A DNA stretch of 64,000 bases from an uncultured Pseudomonadales bacterium (GCA_964574995.1 CAZNPF010000004.1:34694-98693); one strand, 5' to 3'; counted from the stretch's first letter, positions 9,749 to 20,682 are shown. Translations and numbers: made by a program. Notes: a model not told the origin generated them from the sequence alone.

Positions 9749-10843
9749 TCAGGCAGTTGCGCGATACAGCGGTGCCGACATGGCAGCCCAGTCGATCTGA
9801 CCGTCATCCACCAAATTTTCGTACTGCAACAAACCCAAGGCTTCGAACTTGGGCCGGACGCTGTCCGTGAGCAAGCCGATGCGACGTAGGTTGGGGACGA
9901 TGCGCGTGAATAGCAGATTGCGGAATTTTTCCATGACTTCGGATTCTAGAACTTTCGCCCGAGCCGCTTCGACGTCCCAGCCAAACTCGACAAAAACGTC
10001 GGTAGCAATCAATCGCTCGCGCATAACGATACATGCTTCATAAGCAAATTGAGCGCGGTCTTCTTTTTCCTGCTCAGAAAGATTTTTTACGTACTCTTCA
10101 AGATAATTGACACCAAACGTCACATGCCTCGCTTCGTCGCGAATGACAAGCTCAATGATGTCTTTCAGGAGATCATCACGTGTGACGATCTTCAGGGTGT
10201 TGAATGCAGCCAGCGCAAGCCCTTCAATGATGATCTGCATACCGATGAACTTGAGATCCCAGCGCGGATCGGTCATCACCTTGTCCAGCAGGGTTTTCAG
10301 GTTCTTGTTTATCGGATACATGAACTGCACTTTGTCGTGCAGGTACTTGTGAAAGGCTTCCACGTGCCGCGCTTCGTCAAATGTCTGGGACGCGGCATAC
10401 AGTTTTGCGTCAAAGGTTGGCGCACAGGAGGTTAGTTGCGACGCCACCAGCAGCGCACCCTGCTCGCCATGCAGAAACTGTGAGATGGTCCACGCATGGT
10501 TATGCCAGGAGAACGAAAGTTTTTGTTCGTCACTCATGGTCTCAAACGGCGCGTACCCCACAAAAGGGTTAAACATCGGATCGACCGGGTATTCTGTTTT
10601 TGGCAGCGTCTTGCGCCAATCGATATCAAGATCCGCGTTCCAGTTGAGCTCTTTTCCAAGTTTGTAGAGCTTGCGAATACGACCGTCGGCAGAGCCGTAA
10701 TCCCAGTTGTAATGACCGGTCAACGGTGTCTGAAAAATTTCGCAGATGTCATCGATATGTTTCTGCGTCATTTGTGCGGCGACATCGTCCTTGTCGTACC
10801 ACTGGATGGCTTGCGGGGGTTGCTTGACGTGGATGATGCCCAT
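9749..10843 (-). CDS. ferritin-like di-iron carboxylate oxygenase family protein (AurF-like fold)
   Basis: Two ExxH motifs (DEARHVEAF, DEARHVTF) with upstream Glu residues (HGEQGALL, IIIEGLAL). The ATG at 10843 is preceded by GGGAG. Confidence 0.65.
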   Translation of the reverse strand: MGIIHVKQPPQAIQWYDKDDVAAQMTQKHIDDICEIFQTPLTGHYNWDYGSADGRIRKLYKLGKELNWNADLDIDWRKTLPKTEYPVDPMFNPFVGYAPFETMSDEQKLSFSWHNHAWTISQFLHGEQGALLVASQLTSCAPTFDAKLYAASQTFDEARHVEAFHKYLHDKVQFMYPINKNLKTLLDKVMTDPRWDLKFIGMQIIIEGLALAAFNTLKIVTRDDLLKDIIELVIRDEARHVTFGVNYLEEYVKNLSEQEKEDRAQFAYEACIVMRERLIATDVFVEFGWDVEAARAKVLESEVMEKFRNLLFTRIVPNLRRIGLLTDSVRPKFEALGLLQYENLVDDGQIDWAAMSAPLYRATA

Positions 10844-11020
10844 GGCTGCTCCCTTGTTCTTGTTTTTGTTGTACCAAGACAGACCGCTCGCGCGCGCGGC
10901 GATGTAACTCTGTTGGACCGTAAAACGGCAGGCCCTAGGTGGCAATGTCGTGTAAAGACAATGCCCATCAACGGCTGTCGCCCAATCACAGGCTAATCCA
11001 GCTCGCGCAACGCCCCGCCT

Positions 11021-11818
11021 TTATTTACGGCGACGCGCTTCCAGCTCATCGAATAACGCAACGAAGGCTTGGGTCAGTTTGTGAGAGCCATCCAAGTGAA
11101 TCAGTGGTTTCCCCGTTTCATGGGATTCACGCATCAGCACCGAGCCCGGCAGCATGTTTTCCAGCAAGGGCAGGCCTTCACTTTTCAACTCGTTGACCAG
11201 TTGCTGCGGCAGGCTAGCGCGAGGTTGGAACTGATTGACGACAATGCCCTCGATCCGCAGTTCGTCATTGTGTTCGCCTGCGGTCTCTTCGATGTTCTCC
11301 ATCAGCGTGTAGAGCGCACGACGAGAGAATGCATCGCAATCGAAAGGAACCAAACAACTATCCGCTGCGATCAGCGCGGAAAGTGTGTAGAAATTGAAAG
11401 CCGGCGGTGTATCGATATAAATGGCATCGTATTTCTGGCTAAGAGTTTTCAGCATGCCGCGCAATTTGAATATCTTGTGCTTTGATTCGAGCAAATGCTC
11501 GATTTCTCTCAACTCTGGATTGGATGGAATGACCGAAAGGTTTTCCCACGGCGTGGCGTGAACGAAAGATTCCGGTGATTTTTCCACGAGTTTGAAAGAC
11601 AGCGTTTGCGCAAAAAATTGACCGATGTTCGGCTCCAATTCTTTGCCGTTTTTGGGGAACAGTGCATCATCGCCCAACAAGTACTGACTGGCATTGCACT
11701 GTGGATCAAGATCGACCACGAGCGTCTTGTAGCCACGTGCAGCACTGATCGCCGCCAGGTTCACTGCAATACTGGATTTGCCGACGCCGCCTTTCTGATT
11801 GAATACCACTCGCCGCAT
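11021..11818 (-). CDS. ParA/MinD-family ATPase (orphan)
   Basis: Deviant Walker A motif NQKGGVGKSS, plus VVDLDPQCNAS and IYIDTPP. The ATG at 11818 is confirmed. Confidence 0.85.
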   Translation of the reverse strand: MRRVVFNQKGGVGKSSIAVNLAAISAARGYKTLVVDLDPQCNASQYLLGDDALFPKNGKELEPNIGQFFAQTLSFKLVEKSPESFVHATPWENLSVIPSNPELREIEHLLESKHKIFKLRGMLKTLSQKYDAIYIDTPPAFNFYTLSALIAADSCLVPFDCDAFSRRALYTLMENIEETAGEHNDELRIEGIVVNQFQPRASLPQQLVNELKSEGLPLLENMLPGSVLMRESHETGKPLIHLDGSHKLTQAFVALFDELEARRRK

Positions 11819-11912
11819 GTCGTGCTCCTTCAATTTGCCGTGCGCATGGCCTGCGCTGCATGCTCGGATTCTAGGCAACTGGCGCTGGCAGGCACAGTCG
11901 CCAGATAAAAAA

Positions 11913-12785
11913 TCAGCGCATAAGAAAGTCCAGCGCAACGAGCAACAACATCGCCGCAAATACTCGCCTCAACGTTCCTGCGGGTAGCCGATGGGCAGCG
12001 TGAGCCCCGAGTGCGGCCATCGGTGTGCTGGCGATAACCAACAGTAACAAGCTGGGTAAGTGGACATAGCCCAAGGTCATGGCGGGCAGATCGTTGCGCA
12101 TCTGACCCACCACCATGTAGCCCGCTGCTGCGGCCAGCGCAATGGGTACGCCGCATGCGGCCGACGTTGCCACGGCATTCTGCATACGTAGTCCGCTTCG
12201 ATGCAACCAAGGCACGGTCAGTGAGCCACCGCCGATCCCAAAAACTGCTGAAGCAACGCCAATGACACCGCCCGCGACGACATGCCGTGACCCATTTTCT
12301 TCGCAGTCACTTCGGTGAGTCGGCAATTCAGGTGATGGCAGTTCGGTTAAATTTTTAGATTCTATTTCATGAGTATCTGCCGATGTTTTTGCATGGTTAT
12401 CGCGTGCAAACCACATGCGTGCAGCAATCAACACCGCAAAAATCCCGAATAGGCTCATCAGCCACGCGCTGCCTAGCGCATCAGCCAACCATGCGCCGGC
12501 AAATGCGCCAAAAACCAATGGAATAGCCATCAGACGCACGATATCCCAGCGCACTGCGCCGCGCGCGTGATGAGCGCGAGCTGAGCTCAGACCCGTAAAG
12601 AAAATACTGGCCAGTGATGTGGCCAGCGAAAACTGCATGATGGCGTCTATTGGGAAACCGCTTGAGGCATACACGTAAACCAATACGGGAACGATCACCA
12701 TGCCGCCACCGACTCCCAATAAGCCAGCAAGAAACCCCGCCAGTGCACCTGCCATGAGCACGACACTGAGCAACAGGATATCCAT
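11913..12785 (-). CDS. TauE/SafE (DUF81) family anion exporter-like permease
   Basis: Two repeated halves with LLGVGGGMVIVP and FGIGGGSLTVP. The start codon overlaps the gspM stop (TAATG at 12783..12787). Confidence 0.8.
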   Translation of the reverse strand: MDILLLSVVLMAGALAGFLAGLLGVGGGMVIVPVLVYVYASSGFPIDAIMQFSLATSLASIFFTGLSSARAHHARGAVRWDIVRLMAIPLVFGAFAGAWLADALGSAWLMSLFGIFAVLIAARMWFARDNHAKTSADTHEIESKNLTELPSPELPTHRSDCEENGSRHVVAGGVIGVASAVFGIGGGSLTVPWLHRSGLRMQNAVATSAACGVPIALAAAAGYMVVGQMRNDLPAMTLGYVHLPSLLLLVIASTPMAALGAHAAHRLPAGTLRRVFAAMLLLVALDFLMR

Positions 12786-13354
12786 TAGGGAGTAGCGGTC
12801 ATCGTTAGGCGAATATTGGCAAGGCCGGGCTGCGGTTGCGCTTCTGCTTGAAAGTGTTCCACCTGAATTCCGTAACGATTTTCCAGCCCGACAATCCAGC
12901 GCACCACATCAATGAAAACGGCGTTCTCAAGCGTGATCCGCACACGGCTTTCACCATCAGGCTCAAAACGCTGTAAATCGAGGTTGGCTTGGCGTGCGTC
13001 ACCATTGATGACGGCAAGTAGATTTTGTCCCGGAGGTAAGTTGCCCGCGTTATCCGCTTGCCGTGCAAGCACGGCATTGGCTTGCATCCAGGCAAGATCC
13101 TCGTGTGCCTTGGTCAGTGCCGCGCGACTGTCATTGGCGTACTGCATGACTGGAGATATCAGCAGCATCCAGCTTAGCGTCAACAGTAAAAAACATGACA
13201 TGACGATGAGTGCGCGCTGATCACGCTTAGACATCGTAGCCCAGCGCGATGCAAGCGGTGCTAGATACGGTTTCAGTGCCACAGACAATTGGTCGTATGT
13301 GTTACGCAATAAAGCCCGTGGCTTATCAAGCAAGGTGAAGGAAGGCCGTTTCAA
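12785..13354 (-). CDS. gspM: type II secretion system protein M
   Basis: 189 aa with a single TM segment (ALIVMSCFLLLTLSWMLLISPV). It is the last gene in the gsp order and overlaps the gspL stop. Confidence 0.8.
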   Translation of the reverse strand: MKRPSFTLLDKPRALLRNTYDQLSVALKPYLAPLASRWATMSKRDQRALIVMSCFLLLTLSWMLLISPVMQYANDSRAALTKAHEDLAWMQANAVLARQADNAGNLPPGQNLLAVINGDARQANLDLQRFEPDGESRVRITLENAVFIDVVRWIVGLENRYGIQVEHFQAEAQPQPGLANIRLTMTATP

Positions 13355-14607
13355 CGCACACCTCCCGTCACAGCAGATGCCATACCGATATTCAATCGAG
13401 CTTTGTAACCGCCAGGTTGCGAAACGCCAGCACCAATCTCAACGGCAAGGCCCGTTTTCTGCAACGCAGCGCGTAGTGGTTCAATATCATCTAAGCCGCG
13501 CGCCAGCACATCCACATGTAATTCACCTTGCGAGGTATCCCAACTGAGATTCTGCGGACGGTAACGGCCGGAATCCTTGCCGCTCAGCGCCATGAGTGTG
13601 TCTGCCGTCTTGGCTAAAATTTCGGTGAATGAAGCGCCACCCGCGCCTGCACGCAATTTTCCTTCCATTTGTGCGCGTGGATAACTGACGTTCTGCGCTT
13701 TCGGGAAAATACGTTTGTAAAACTCAACCTGTTGTGCACGAACTTGATTGGTCGCTTTGGTATAGGAGTAGCCCACAGCGATCTGATAGGCCAGCGCCAG
13801 CATGATCCACGCAGCCGCCAGCCACGCCAAGGGGTGCCAATTGAAACCCGGCGAAAACCCGCCGCTGCCGTTGAGAGCGAATTCGCCTTGGCGGAAGTTC
13901 ACTGGCGTGATTTGTGATGCGGCTAGAAATGCCAGGGCAGCATGCGGCGTTTCGTCGATGCTCACCGCGACATCGTCACTACCCGCGGCGAGCCATTCGC
14001 TTTCGAGTGCTCGCGCGGCAATCAAATCGCCTTTTAGGCCGAGGTGAATGTTGATGCGATCACCGCGTCGCGGCACAAAAAGTGTCGCGACGGCTGTCGC
14101 ATCGGCCTGATCGAACAGCAAAGCTTGGCCTTCTGCGGTGGCCAGCAAACTATTCTCTCCATCTAAAAAGATAGTTGCGCCTAATTCTGCATTTGGCAGT
14201 AACAATGATTCGGCGCTAACAACGGCGGGTTCAATACCGTGCTCTTTCAGCATGGACAGCGCAGCAGCCAATGTTGCGCGCTCGACAGATGCTAACTGCA
14301 AGCGCTGATCGTCAATGCGTCTGCCTGCAACAACATGACATTGCTCGATATCGCCCGCCAGACTTTCTTCCAATAAAAATGGATAAGCGGATTGCATTTG
14401 ACGTTGCTGACGCAATGGAACATTGGCGGCAACCGTTAACACCTGTGAAGCGGGTAGCAACAGCCACACTAACGAGATACCGGATGCGGCACGTTGTTGC
14501 GTAAAATTGGCCAGCGTTCCTGTCGCAACATCCTGCTGTTGCCCCGTTAGGCACCACTGCCAATAACTGTTGAGGGATTCAGGGGCACGCAGTAACCAAC
14601 GACTCAT
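13351..14607 (-). CDS. gspL: type II secretion system protein L
   Basis: 418 aa bitopic protein (TM segment LAWLAAAWIMLALAYQIAV) positioned between gspK and gspM, with 4-nt overlaps. Confidence 0.8.
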   Translation of the reverse strand: MSRWLLRAPESLNSYWQWCLTGQQQDVATGTLANFTQQRAASGISLVWLLLPASQVLTVAANVPLRQQRQMQSAYPFLLEESLAGDIEQCHVVAGRRIDDQRLQLASVERATLAAALSMLKEHGIEPAVVSAESLLLPNAELGATIFLDGENSLLATAEGQALLFDQADATAVATLFVPRRGDRINIHLGLKGDLIAARALESEWLAAGSDDVAVSIDETPHAALAFLAASQITPVNFRQGEFALNGSGGFSPGFNWHPLAWLAAAWIMLALAYQIAVGYSYTKATNQVRAQQVEFYKRIFPKAQNVSYPRAQMEGKLRAGAGGASFTEILAKTADTLMALSGKDSGRYRPQNLSWDTSQGELHVDVLARGLDDIEPLRAALQKTGLAVEIGAGVSQPGGYKARLNIGMASAVTGGVR

Positions 14608-15713
14608 GGATTAACCTCTGCGGCAGGGGTATCACTGATCACGGCCATGCCGGGATTGCATGCGTCTTCATCATCGCCAAACATATTGCCGAGATCACGC
14701 ATGATGACGCGTGCCTCACCTTTCTGTCGTGGTCGATAAACATAGCTCACCAGTTTCGCGGCGCGTTCACCAATGGCAACGCGTGAAACTACTTGAAAAT
14801 AATCGCTACTAACGCCGACGGCCGTTTTGAGTGCATTGCGATCTGTCTCGCCGAGTGCGGCGATAGCAGGTATGGCCATCACCTCATCGATGGAAGTAAA
14901 AGGCTTTTGCTTGCGTTGTTGGACAAGCGCATCAACGCCTGCACTGTCCAATTCAGGTAACAGTGCTTGCAGGACTTCGGCCGGTGCAGTGTTCACGTTG
15001 ATCGTCGTTCCTTCGGGAAGCACCGTAATATAGCGGCTGAATGGCTTTTGATCAGCCATTACCCGCCACTGTTCGCGCAAACCGGATTGCAGTGCTCGCA
15101 GTTCCGACACCGAACCAAAAAGCTGGTTCCCGGTTCGCCAGCCCTCGTAGTCGCTGTCTTCGGCGCCACCCAATCCATCAACCAGCGTGTTGCTATCGGT
15201 CCAGTCTCCCGCCTGCTCAACCAACGCATCGGCAGCCTCTTCTGTACCGTCTCTTGGCAAAGTCAAACGCAGCAAGCGTTTCAATCGCTCCATCTGTATG
15301 CGGTCTAGGCTACGTTGGCCATCGCTGTTGGCATGCGCAATATTGTTGAGATTGAAGCGCCCTTGCAGATCCTGAATGGATACCGAGAACTGACCTCGAT
15401 CCCACGGTAGTGGCCCTAATGCCACGGCCCAGTCTTTCTCGCCGCAATCATCGACTTCTTTATTCGCACGGCGGTCGCTGGTCAAATCGGCTGCCAAGGC
15501 GCGCACGCCCAACGCTTCTGCTGACAGCAAGTAGGCATACATTTGCTCCTGCAACAGCACATTCTCCGTGCGTGTTTGATCTTGCGACAGGCGCTCCATG
15601 ACTTGTGTGCCGATCAACACAGCCATCACCAGCAGGAACATCATCATGAGCAACGCCACGCCACGCTCACGTGTGACGACAAGCGGTGTTTGCAAAGGCC
15701 CGCTTTCGCGCAT
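14604..15713 (-). CDS. gspK: type II secretion minor pseudopilin K
   Basis: 369 aa with a pseudopilin-like hydrophobic N-terminus (RGVALLMMMFLLVMAVLIG). Size and position are typical of GspK. Confidence 0.8.
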   Translation of the reverse strand: MRESGPLQTPLVVTRERGVALLMMMFLLVMAVLIGTQVMERLSQDQTRTENVLLQEQMYAYLLSAEALGVRALAADLTSDRRANKEVDDCGEKDWAVALGPLPWDRGQFSVSIQDLQGRFNLNNIAHANSDGQRSLDRIQMERLKRLLRLTLPRDGTEEAADALVEQAGDWTDSNTLVDGLGGAEDSDYEGWRTGNQLFGSVSELRALQSGLREQWRVMADQKPFSRYITVLPEGTTINVNTAPAEVLQALLPELDSAGVDALVQQRKQKPFTSIDEVMAIPAIAALGETDRNALKTAVGVSSDYFQVVSRVAIGERAAKLVSYVYRPRQKGEARVIMRDLGNMFGDDEDACNPGMAVISDTPAAEVNP

Positions 15714-16420
15714 CAGGTTTCCCTCGCATTCGGATTGGCCGGCACACGAAAGAAACGTTCAATGGTTCCAAATCGCTTGGTGGTTATCCCAACGCGAACC
15801 GCTAACGGCGCGCGCTGAAATGCAGGCGATCTGTCCTGATCTTCCGGCAGTGGCCAGTCCTCATGCCAACGGTAATCACCGCCCTCGCCCCCATTTGTGT
15901 CAGAAGGTCTGGATAGAAACTCGACACGGAATTCGGTGACGCCTTGTAACAGCGTGCTGGCATACGGAGCCGAACCCACTGTGCGATCTGGGTGATCCCA
16001 GTACTCCCGACGCAACTCACCGTCGATCAGAGACCAGCGAATCCGTTGTAATTCACTGCGTTGTCGCGTTTGCAGGGGATTGATCCAGCCTGTACGTGTC
16101 AATTCAATGGCACCTTCTCGGTTGCGCCATAAAAAGCTCTGCGCATCGCCCAACTCATCACGTGCGCCACGCGGCACCACCTGCTCAAAATCTCTCTGCA
16201 TAAACAAAAAGGTTCGTTGCAGTTCTGCGAGCTCTTTTGCACGATCATTCACACGGTCACGATTGTCCAGCGCCTGACCAAAAATCATGGTGCCGGCCGT
16301 AGCGATGGCAACGAAGATGGCCATCGCTACCAATACTTCGATTAGCGTAAAGCCGCGTGATGAGCGTGAGCGTATTTGATCTGCCGGGCAGAAAATCGCA
16401 ACGCCTGATTTGCGATTCAT
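15713..16420 (-). CDS. gspJ: type II secretion minor pseudopilin J
   Basis: Prepilin motif RGFTLIEVLVAMAIF, plus position in the operon. Confidence 0.85.
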   Translation of the reverse strand: MNRKSGVAIFCPADQIRSRSSRGFTLIEVLVAMAIFVAIATAGTMIFGQALDNRDRVNDRAKELAELQRTFLFMQRDFEQVVPRGARDELGDAQSFLWRNREGAIELTRTGWINPLQTRQRSELQRIRWSLIDGELRREYWDHPDRTVGSAPYASTLLQGVTEFRVEFLSRPSDTNGGEGGDYRWHEDWPLPEDQDRSPAFQRAPLAVRVGITTKRFGTIERFFRVPANPNARET

Positions 16421-16836
16421 GATTTTCCACCGGGTTTAGCGGACGTAACGGATTCGGGTTGCGACAGCAGTGCGGTCAATGTGGCAGCTGAAGATTTCGG
16501 ATCAAAAGCGCCTTCTGTGCGTGGCCCTACGGAAATATCAACTCGCCGTGTACCTGGATATGGCCCTTCAGAAACAACGGTGCTGATAAACCAATCCCTG
16601 TTACCAAGCCGGGCTTCGTCGTCCTGGCGGCCGATGCCTGGCCAGCGCTGGTAGATCTGCAACTCCACCAACTTGTTGGATGCAACCCAAGTGGCCAAAG
16701 TTTTTTCTTCGAAACGCGACTGGCCACCGACATTGGCACCCATGGTGCTTTCCAGCGCCAGCGCAACTGCAACGAAAATCGCCAATGCCACTAGAACTTC
16801 GATCAAGGTAAAGCCGCGATCAACTCGCATGAGCAC
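16417..16836 (-). CDS. gspI: type II secretion minor pseudopilin I
   Basis: Prepilin motif RGFTLIEVLVALAIF. 139 aa. Confidence 0.85.
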   Translation of the reverse strand: MLMRVDRGFTLIEVLVALAIFVAVALALESTMGANVGGQSRFEEKTLATWVASNKLVELQIYQRWPGIGRQDDEARLGNRDWFISTVVSEGPYPGTRRVDISVGPRTEGAFDPKSSAATLTALLSQPESVTSAKPGGKS

Positions 16837-17467
16837 GATCCCTCATGGCGGGTGGCGCATCATCTTTCGGCGCTACTTTTGGCAGCACGCGATTGCCCAG
16901 TGGATCGATTTGTAATTCAAGCTTTTCATCGCTGCCTTCTGTTCCGAAAACAGCACGAAATGGCGTCACCTCACCACTGGAGAGTACATAAACCGAAGGT
17001 TGCCAGTCAGGTTCGTCACCTTTTTTGTCTGGCTGGTCACTGCCTGCTTCGGAGGTGTCTTTCTCTAGCGCACCTGTTTCATTTTCAGGTTTTTCCGGCA
17101 GGACGAGAATGGGATCGGTAACGTCAGCCAAGGCGCTTACCGTGACGGCGTTTTCAAAACGACGCAGCCCCCAAGATTTTTCTGGAGAAAGCGCTTCAAA
17201 TCGGTAATTTTTTTCATTCCATCGAACAAAGCGATAACCATCTGCGCTGAAGACTAAGCCGTATTCTTCGCCATACAACATGGCATCGTCTTGTGCCGTT
17301 TGTAGGCGCACCAACAACACACTAGCTTCACGCTCAAGATCCTTGCCGCGTGATTTTCCGGCAAAAAGATTCGGCACAGCGATAGCAGCCATCACGGCCA
17401 CAAGCAGCATGACCACCATGACTTCCAGCAAGGTAAACCCTTGCCAGCGAGCCGTAGCGTGATGCAT
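16820..17467 (-). CDS. gspH: type II secretion minor pseudopilin H
   Basis: Prepilin motif QGFTLLEVMVVMLLV. It contains an acidic insert (PEKPENETGALEKDTSEAGSDQPDKKGDEPD). Confidence 0.8.
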   Translation of the reverse strand: MHHATARWQGFTLLEVMVVMLLVAVMAAIAVPNLFAGKSRGKDLEREASVLLVRLQTAQDDAMLYGEEYGLVFSADGYRFVRWNEKNYRFEALSPEKSWGLRRFENAVTVSALADVTDPILVLPEKPENETGALEKDTSEAGSDQPDKKGDEPDWQPSVYVLSSGEVTPFRAVFGTEGSDEKLELQIDPLGNRVLPKVAPKDDAPPAMRDRAHAS

Positions 17468-17476
17468 GACGAGTGC

Positions 17477-17914
17477 TTAATTGCCGAATGCGTTGATGTC
17501 GGCGTTATTGCCCTCGCCGCCTTCTTGGCCGTCCGCACCCAGCGATTTCAAGTCATACGGCATATCGACGCCCGGCGACACATAAACATAGGCGTTACCC
17601 CAAGGATCTTTTGGCACTTCGGCACTACGCAAGTAACCACCTTGCGGCCAATTTTTCGCTTCCGTAGGTTGTTTTACCAGTGCTTCCAATCCTTGATCGG
17701 TGGTCGGGTAACGGAAATTGTCCAGTTTGTAGAGATCCAGTGCGCTGCGAATGCCCTGCAGATTTGTTTTGGCAGCCGTCACCCGCGCCTGCTCATCCTT
17801 GCCAAAAATATTAGGGCCAATAATCGCGGCAAGAATGCCGATAATGACCACCACCACCATGATTTCAATCAAAGTGAAACCGTGCTGATGATTGCGGCTC
17901 TGGATTCTGCTCAT
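17477..17914 (-). CDS. gspG: type II secretion major pseudopilin G
   Basis: HGFTLIEIMVVVVIIGILAAI, LDNFRYPTTDQGLEALV and DPWGNAYVY. Confidence 0.92.
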   Translation of the reverse strand: MSRIQSRNHQHGFTLIEIMVVVVIIGILAAIIGPNIFGKDEQARVTAAKTNLQGIRSALDLYKLDNFRYPTTDQGLEALVKQPTEAKNWPQGGYLRSAEVPKDPWGNAYVYVSPGVDMPYDLKSLGADGQEGGEGNNADINAFGN

Positions 17915-17928
17915 CGGTACTCCCGGCT

Positions 17929-19143
17929 TTAGCCGATCATGTTGTTCATATTGATAATAGGCAGCAGCATCGAAATGACGATGCCGAAAACAAAAACGGC
18001 CATCAGAACCAGCACTAACGGCCCAAACAGCGATAAAAATGTACTGATCATGACTTGTAGATCTTTTTCCTGCGACTGGGCTGCGCGTGACAACATCTCG
18101 TCCAGCTCTCCCGAATTCTCGCCACTGGCAATCATCTGAATCATCATCGGCGGAAAGTAACCGCCCTGCTCCAAGGCCCGAGCCAAACTGCCGCCTTCCT
18201 GCACTTTGACGGCAGCATGTTGGACAGCGTCACGGATGCAACGATTGGTCGTGACTTGCGCTGAAATGCGTAACGCCTCTACTAGCGGCACACCACTGGC
18301 CATCAAAATGCTCAACGTGCTGCCAAAGCGAGCAGCATCGGCACCGCGAACCAGACGACGAATCAAAGGGGTGCGCAGCAGAAACGCATCTACCTTGCGA
18401 CGGAATGCTTCGCCGCGCAGTGCGCGTGAAAACAGAATTACCGCGCCGACAATGACCAGCGCCAACAGCCACCACCAGTGCTGAAGAAAGTGGCTGATAG
18501 CGATCAATACCTGTGTGGATGTTGGAAGTTCCTGATGGGCGCGATCGAAAACTGTCACGATCTTCGGTACCGCCACCGTCATCAGCACGCCGACAATGAT
18601 CACCGCAAATAACACGAGAATGATGGGATAGACCAACGCGCCGCGAATGGTCCGTAGCAAGTCATATCGACGTTCGGTGTAGTCGGCTAATTGCTCGAGC
18701 ACCAGATCGAGGTGCCCGGACTTTTCACCGGCTGCCACGGTGGCTCGGTACAGCTCAGGAAAAGAGCCAGGAAACTGCTCTAAGGCCCAAGCCAGGGTGT
18801 GGCCTTCCACTACTTTCGCGCGTACCGCCAACATCATGCTGGAAATACGCGGGCTTTCGCTTTGGCGTGAAACGGCCCGCAATGCTTCTTCCACCGGTAG
18901 ACCGGCACGAATCAGCGTGGCCATCTGGCGTGTCACCAAGGCCAAATCAGCCGCGCTGATGGAGCGAGCAAACCATGCGCCACGTTCGGCACGTTTTTCT
19001 TTTTCGACGCTGGCTTCAACGCTCAGTGGCGTCCAACCTTTATCACGCAATTGCTGTCGAATCTGACGCGCACTATCGCCTTCCAACACACCGCTACGCT
19101 TGCGGCCACCGTCATCCAGTGCTTCGTAATCAAATGCGGCCAT
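17929..19143 (-). CDS. gspF: type II secretion inner-membrane platform protein F
   Basis: 404 aa with the duplicated GspF-type domain organisation and three TM segments, located between gspE and gspG. Confidence 0.9.
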   Translation of the reverse strand: MAAFDYEALDDGGRKRSGVLEGDSARQIRQQLRDKGWTPLSVEASVEKEKRAERGAWFARSISAADLALVTRQMATLIRAGLPVEEALRAVSRQSESPRISSMMLAVRAKVVEGHTLAWALEQFPGSFPELYRATVAAGEKSGHLDLVLEQLADYTERRYDLLRTIRGALVYPIILVLFAVIIVGVLMTVAVPKIVTVFDRAHQELPTSTQVLIAISHFLQHWWWLLALVIVGAVILFSRALRGEAFRRKVDAFLLRTPLIRRLVRGADAARFGSTLSILMASGVPLVEALRISAQVTTNRCIRDAVQHAAVKVQEGGSLARALEQGGYFPPMMIQMIASGENSGELDEMLSRAAQSQEKDLQVMISTFLSLFGPLVLVLMAVFVFGIVISMLLPIINMNNMIG

Positions 19144-19149
19144 TGCTAT

Positions 19150-20682
19150 TTAGTCTTCTCGGGTTACGCGCAGAACTTCTTCCACCGTAGTTCGGCCGGC
19201 AAGAATATTTCGTAGGCCATCCTGCCGAATGCCCGGTGTTGCCTGACGTGCAAGTTCTTCGAGTGCCGCCTCTGAGGCATTGCCATGAACGAGGCCACGC
19301 ATGTCGTGACCCACCACCACCAACTCATAAATACCGGTACGTCCACGGTAGCCCGTGTTATTGCAGTCGGGACATCCTTTGGCATGGAAGAAACGAGGCG
19401 ATTGTTTTGGGTCGATGCCAAATAACGCACATTCGCTAGCATCTGGCACATAAGCTTGCTTGCAGTTGTCGCACAGCACACGCACCAAGCGCTGCGCCAA
19501 CATGCCCAGCAATGAACTCGACAGCAGAAAAGGTTCGATACCCATGTCGTGCAGTCGCGTAACTGCGCCAACGGCCGTGTTGGTGTGCAGTGTCGACAAC
19601 ACTAAATGGCCGGTGAGCGATGCTTGCACGGCGATCTCAGCGGTTTCCAAATCACGAATTTCACCGACCATGACCACATCCGGATCTTGTCGAAGAATGG
19701 CTCGCAAGCCGCGCGCAAACGTCATCTCCACTTTGGTGTTGACTTGTGTTTGGCCAATACCGTCGATTTGATATTCGATCGGATCTTCCACGGTCAGAAT
19801 ATTGCGAGACCGATCATTCAATCGGCCCAAACCGGCATAGAGCGTGGTGGTTTTACCCGAGCCGGTAGGTCCGGTGACCAGAATAATGCCGTGCGGTTTA
19901 TGGATGAGCTCATCGAGCAACGCCAGCGTGCGTGGCTCCATCCCTAACTGAGACAAGTCCAATCGGCCTGCTTTCTTATCCAGCAAACGCAAAACGACGC
20001 GTTCGCCATTGGATGAAGGCATGGTGGAGACGCGCACATCGACTTCGCGCCCGGCGAGGCGCAATGAAATGCGACCATCCTGCGGCACGCGCTTCTCAGC
20101 GATGTCGAGTTTTGCCATGACTTTGATACGTGATACCAACAACGGTGCCAACTCCCGCCGTGGTTGCACGATTTCGCGCAGAACGCCATCAACGCGCATG
20201 CGCACGACGAGACGTTTTTCATATGTTTCGATATGAATATCGGAAGCGTTACTGCGTACCGCTTCGGTGAGCAACGCGTTGATCAATCGGATGATCGGCG
20301 CATCATCTTCTTGTTCCATCAGATCTTCGGTCTGAGGCACCGATTCCGCGAGACTCGCGAGATCCAAGCTGTCGCCGAGACCTTCGACCACTTGCATCGC
20401 ATCCGAAGAGTTGTCTTGGTAGGCGCTGGCCAGTCGAGCCAGAAAATCTTCGGGACTGGCGGTGACGATGCGCGTCGGGCGTCCAAGATATCGGCGCGCT
20501 TCAGCCAGTGCTGACAGCGATAGCCCAGCGCGTGCCAGAAGTACTGCTGCGTCACCCTCAAAACGATCAACCAGCACGCCGTGACGACGGGCAAAACCGA
20601 ATGGCAGCCGTACGGGGCGATTGACACCCCCAGCCTCGATGGGTGCGGTATCAGGGCTTACGCCAGAAGAAGGCAGGGTCAT
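19150..20682 (-). CDS. gspE: type II secretion ATPase E
   Basis: N-terminal [13 protein letters not shown], Walker [10 protein letters not shown], the Asp and His boxes, and the tetracysteine motif CDNC...CPDC. Confidence 0.92.
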   Translation of the reverse strand: MTLPSSGVSPDTAPIEAGGVNRPVRLPFGFARRHGVLVDRFEGDAAVLLARAGLSLSALAEARRYLGRPTRIVTASPEDFLARLASAYQDNSSDAMQVVEGLGDSLDLASLAESVPQTEDLMEQEDDAPIIRLINALLTEAVRSNASDIHIETYEKRLVVRMRVDGVLREIVQPRRELAPLLVSRIKVMAKLDIAEKRVPQDGRISLRLAGREVDVRVSTMPSSNGERVVLRLLDKKAGRLDLSQLGMEPRTLALLDELIHKPHGIILVTGPTGSGKTTTLYAGLGRLNDRSRNILTVEDPIEYQIDGIGQTQVNTKVEMTFARGLRAILRQDPDVVMVGEIRDLETAEIAVQASLTGHLVLSTLHTNTAVGAVTRLHDMGIEPFLLSSSLLGMLAQRLVRVLCDNCKQAYVPDASECALFGIDPKQSPRFFHAKGCPDCNNTGYRGRTGIYELVVVGHDMRGLVHGNASEAALEELARQATPGIRQDGLRNILAGRTTVEEVLRVTRED

